Source: Bdellovibrionales bacterium (lineage in GTDB: Bacteria; Bdellovibrionota; Bdellovibrionia; Bdellovibrionales; UBA1609). Taken from it: DNA of 64,000 nt. Below are positions 62,794-64,000 of this stretch, piece by piece. Location: the NCBI GenBank assembly GCA_965200025.1, contig OZ241325.1, forward strand, positions 1,742,000-1,805,999. Reading direction: 5' to 3'. The position numbers and the translations under genes are program-made. Position 1 is the stretch's first letter, and each line of letters starts with the position of its first letter. The notes beneath the pieces are model-generated. The model did no database searches. It had not been told where the DNA came from and saw nothing but the letters and a program-made list of their open reading frames with translations.

Positions 62794-63444
62794 ATGCCGC
62801 AGGCTACAGCAGGCAGTTCATTTAAGGAAGAGATTGCAGAAGTTTGGAAGCTTTTTAAAGAGACCAACCTTCGGATGCAGGACACGGACCGCCGGATGCA
62901 GGACACCGATCGCCGGATGAAAGAGACCGATCATCGGATGAGAGAAACGGATCGTCAGATAAAAGAGCTTAAAAAGTCTTTAAGGGATGCGAAGAGTCTT
63001 TTTACGGGCCAGTGGGGTGCTTTGATAGAAAGCCTTGTGGAGGGCAATCTTTTAAAGTTACTACAGGCCCGTGGTCTGGATGTTGAGGGGACAGCACAAA
63101 ACAATATAGGGACTTTACATTACCGGGATGAGAGCGGCAAGGAGTGTGTGAGGAAGTGTGAGGTGGATTTGATAGCGAAGAATGGGACAGATGTGGTGGC
63201 CGTGGAGGTGAAGACGACTTTGGATCGCGGTGATGTGAGGAGGTTTTTAAAGGTGTTGGAGTATTTTAAGGGTTATTTTCCGGAGTACAGTGGTAAGCGG
63301 ATATACGGGGCTATGGCTTTTTTGAAGAGGCAGGGGGAGGTTGTGTCTTATGCTGTGGATGCGGGTTTGTTTGTTATCCGTGCCACGGGAGACAGTGCTT
63401 ATATTGTTAACGAAGAGGATTTTAAACCCCGGGCTTTTAATTAA
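62794..63444 (+). CDS. DUF3782-like protein: N-terminal heptad repeat coiled coil plus C-terminal PD-(D/E)xK (resolvase-like) domain
   Basis: (R)RMxxTD heptads x4. FTGQWGALIESLVEGNLLKLL. The nuclease-like core is EVDLIAKNGTDVVAVEVKTTL. RBS AAGGAGGA. Confidence 0.55.
   Translation: MPQATAGSSFKEEIAEVWKLFKETNLRMQDTDRRMQDTDRRMKETDHRMRETDRQIKELKKSLRDAKSLFTGQWGALIESLVEGNLLKLLQARGLDVEGTAQNNIGTLHYRDESGKECVRKCEVDLIAKNGTDVVAVEVKTTLDRGDVRRFLKVLEYFKGYFPEYSGKRIYGAMAFLKRQGEVVSYAVDAGLFVIRATGDSAYIVNEEDFKPRAFN
62872..62955 (+). repeat. Four tandem 21-bp in-frame repeats (cggatgcaggacacggaccgc and variants)
   Basis: Units at 62872-62892, 62893-62913, 62914-62934 and 62935-62955 encode RMQDTDR / RMQDTDR / RMKETDH / RMRETDR. 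Confidence 0.9.
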
Positions 63445-63492
63445 GTGTCTTTAAACCGGCAAGCCCAAAAAAAAAGAAAGACCAATAACATA

Positions 63493-64000
63493 ATGTTTAA
63501 GAAGAAGCCTGAATGGACCAAAATCAGCGGGGCTGGTAACAGTTTTGTTGTGGCTCACCACCCCTTGAACAAAAAATTAAGTAACACACAAAAAAACCAG
63601 CTCATAAAGTATGTAGAAAAACAAACTCCCGGGCTTTGTAACAAACACACAACCGAAGGGGTGGTTTTGCTGCTCCCTTCAAGAAAGTATGATTTTGAAT
63701 GGGTGTTTTTTAATAAAGATGCCTCCCTGGCGGATATGTGTGGAAATGCAGCCTGTTGTGTGGCCTCTTATGTGTTTAAAAAAAACCTCTTGGAAAAAAT
63801 TTTGGAAAACTCTTCCCGTGCCAAACTCCAATTACCCCGGTGGTTTAAACCCGGCAAACATCATTTTTTGGTGTTTAAAACAAGCTTTAGGGTCTTTGTG
63901 GTAGAGAAGTTAACAAACAACAAAGTGCAAGTCCTTTTGCCTTTAAACAGAAAACTTAAAGCCCCACGGGTTTTTAAAACCAAAGCTGGTTCTTACCAAT
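63493..64000 (+). CDS. dapF: Diaminopimelate epimerase, 3' end outside window
   Basis: My own translation from ATG 63493 stays open to the window end. KISGAGNSFVV matches the DapF GxGNDF motif, and FFNKDASLADMCGNAACCVASYV matches the active-site MCGNG.RC block. Confidence 0.6.
   Translation, partial: MFKKKPEWTKISGAGNSFVVAHHPLNKKLSNTQKNQLIKYVEKQTPGLCNKHTTEGVVLLLPSRKYDFEWVFFNKDASLADMCGNAACCVASYVFKKNLLEKILENSSRAKLQLPRWFKPGKHHFLVFKTSFRVFVVEKLTNNKVQVLLPLNRKLKAPRVFKTKAGSYQ

Overview
This is a 64 kb chromosomal segment from a diderm bacterium: BamD, a secretin, PBP1A, MltG and RodZ are all present. The gene content and a 60-aa histone-fold-like gene suggest a Bdellovibrionota/Oligoflexia-like origin, but that is only a guess. 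I recognised no rRNA, tRNA or CRISPR array. The housekeeping backbone is nadE, hpt, bamD, mltG, xseA-xseB-ispA, pepP, uvrA, PBP1A, groES-groEL, ligA and a partial dapF. There are three accessory regions. (1) A compact Flp/Tad pilus locus (3690-14680) has atypical parts: a 313-aa protein with an Flp-type leader, a CpaE/TadZ-CpaF/TadA fusion ATPase, a single platform gene, and an embedded YD/RHS-repeat protein. An unlinked TadG-like gene lies at 23876-25990. (2) A small island between pepP and uvrA (32373-34870) holds a 5'-truncated Rpn/PDDEXK_2 gene, an IS3-family remnant and a type II R-M pair. (3) A roughly 15 kb variable island between ligA and dapF (48443-63492) holds Rpn-family nuclease genes, two Cys-rich acidic lipoproteins, a second R-M system, a DUF3782-like nuclease and a 1696-aa single-polypeptide fusion. 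That fusion reads AAA+ ATPase, Mrr-like nuclease, TPR array, GreA/B-C-like domain, PIN-like domain, and is my best candidate for an undescribed conflict/defence system. All calls come from reading the supplied translations and DNA by eye. No searches were run, and domain boundaries were counted by hand, so they are approximate.
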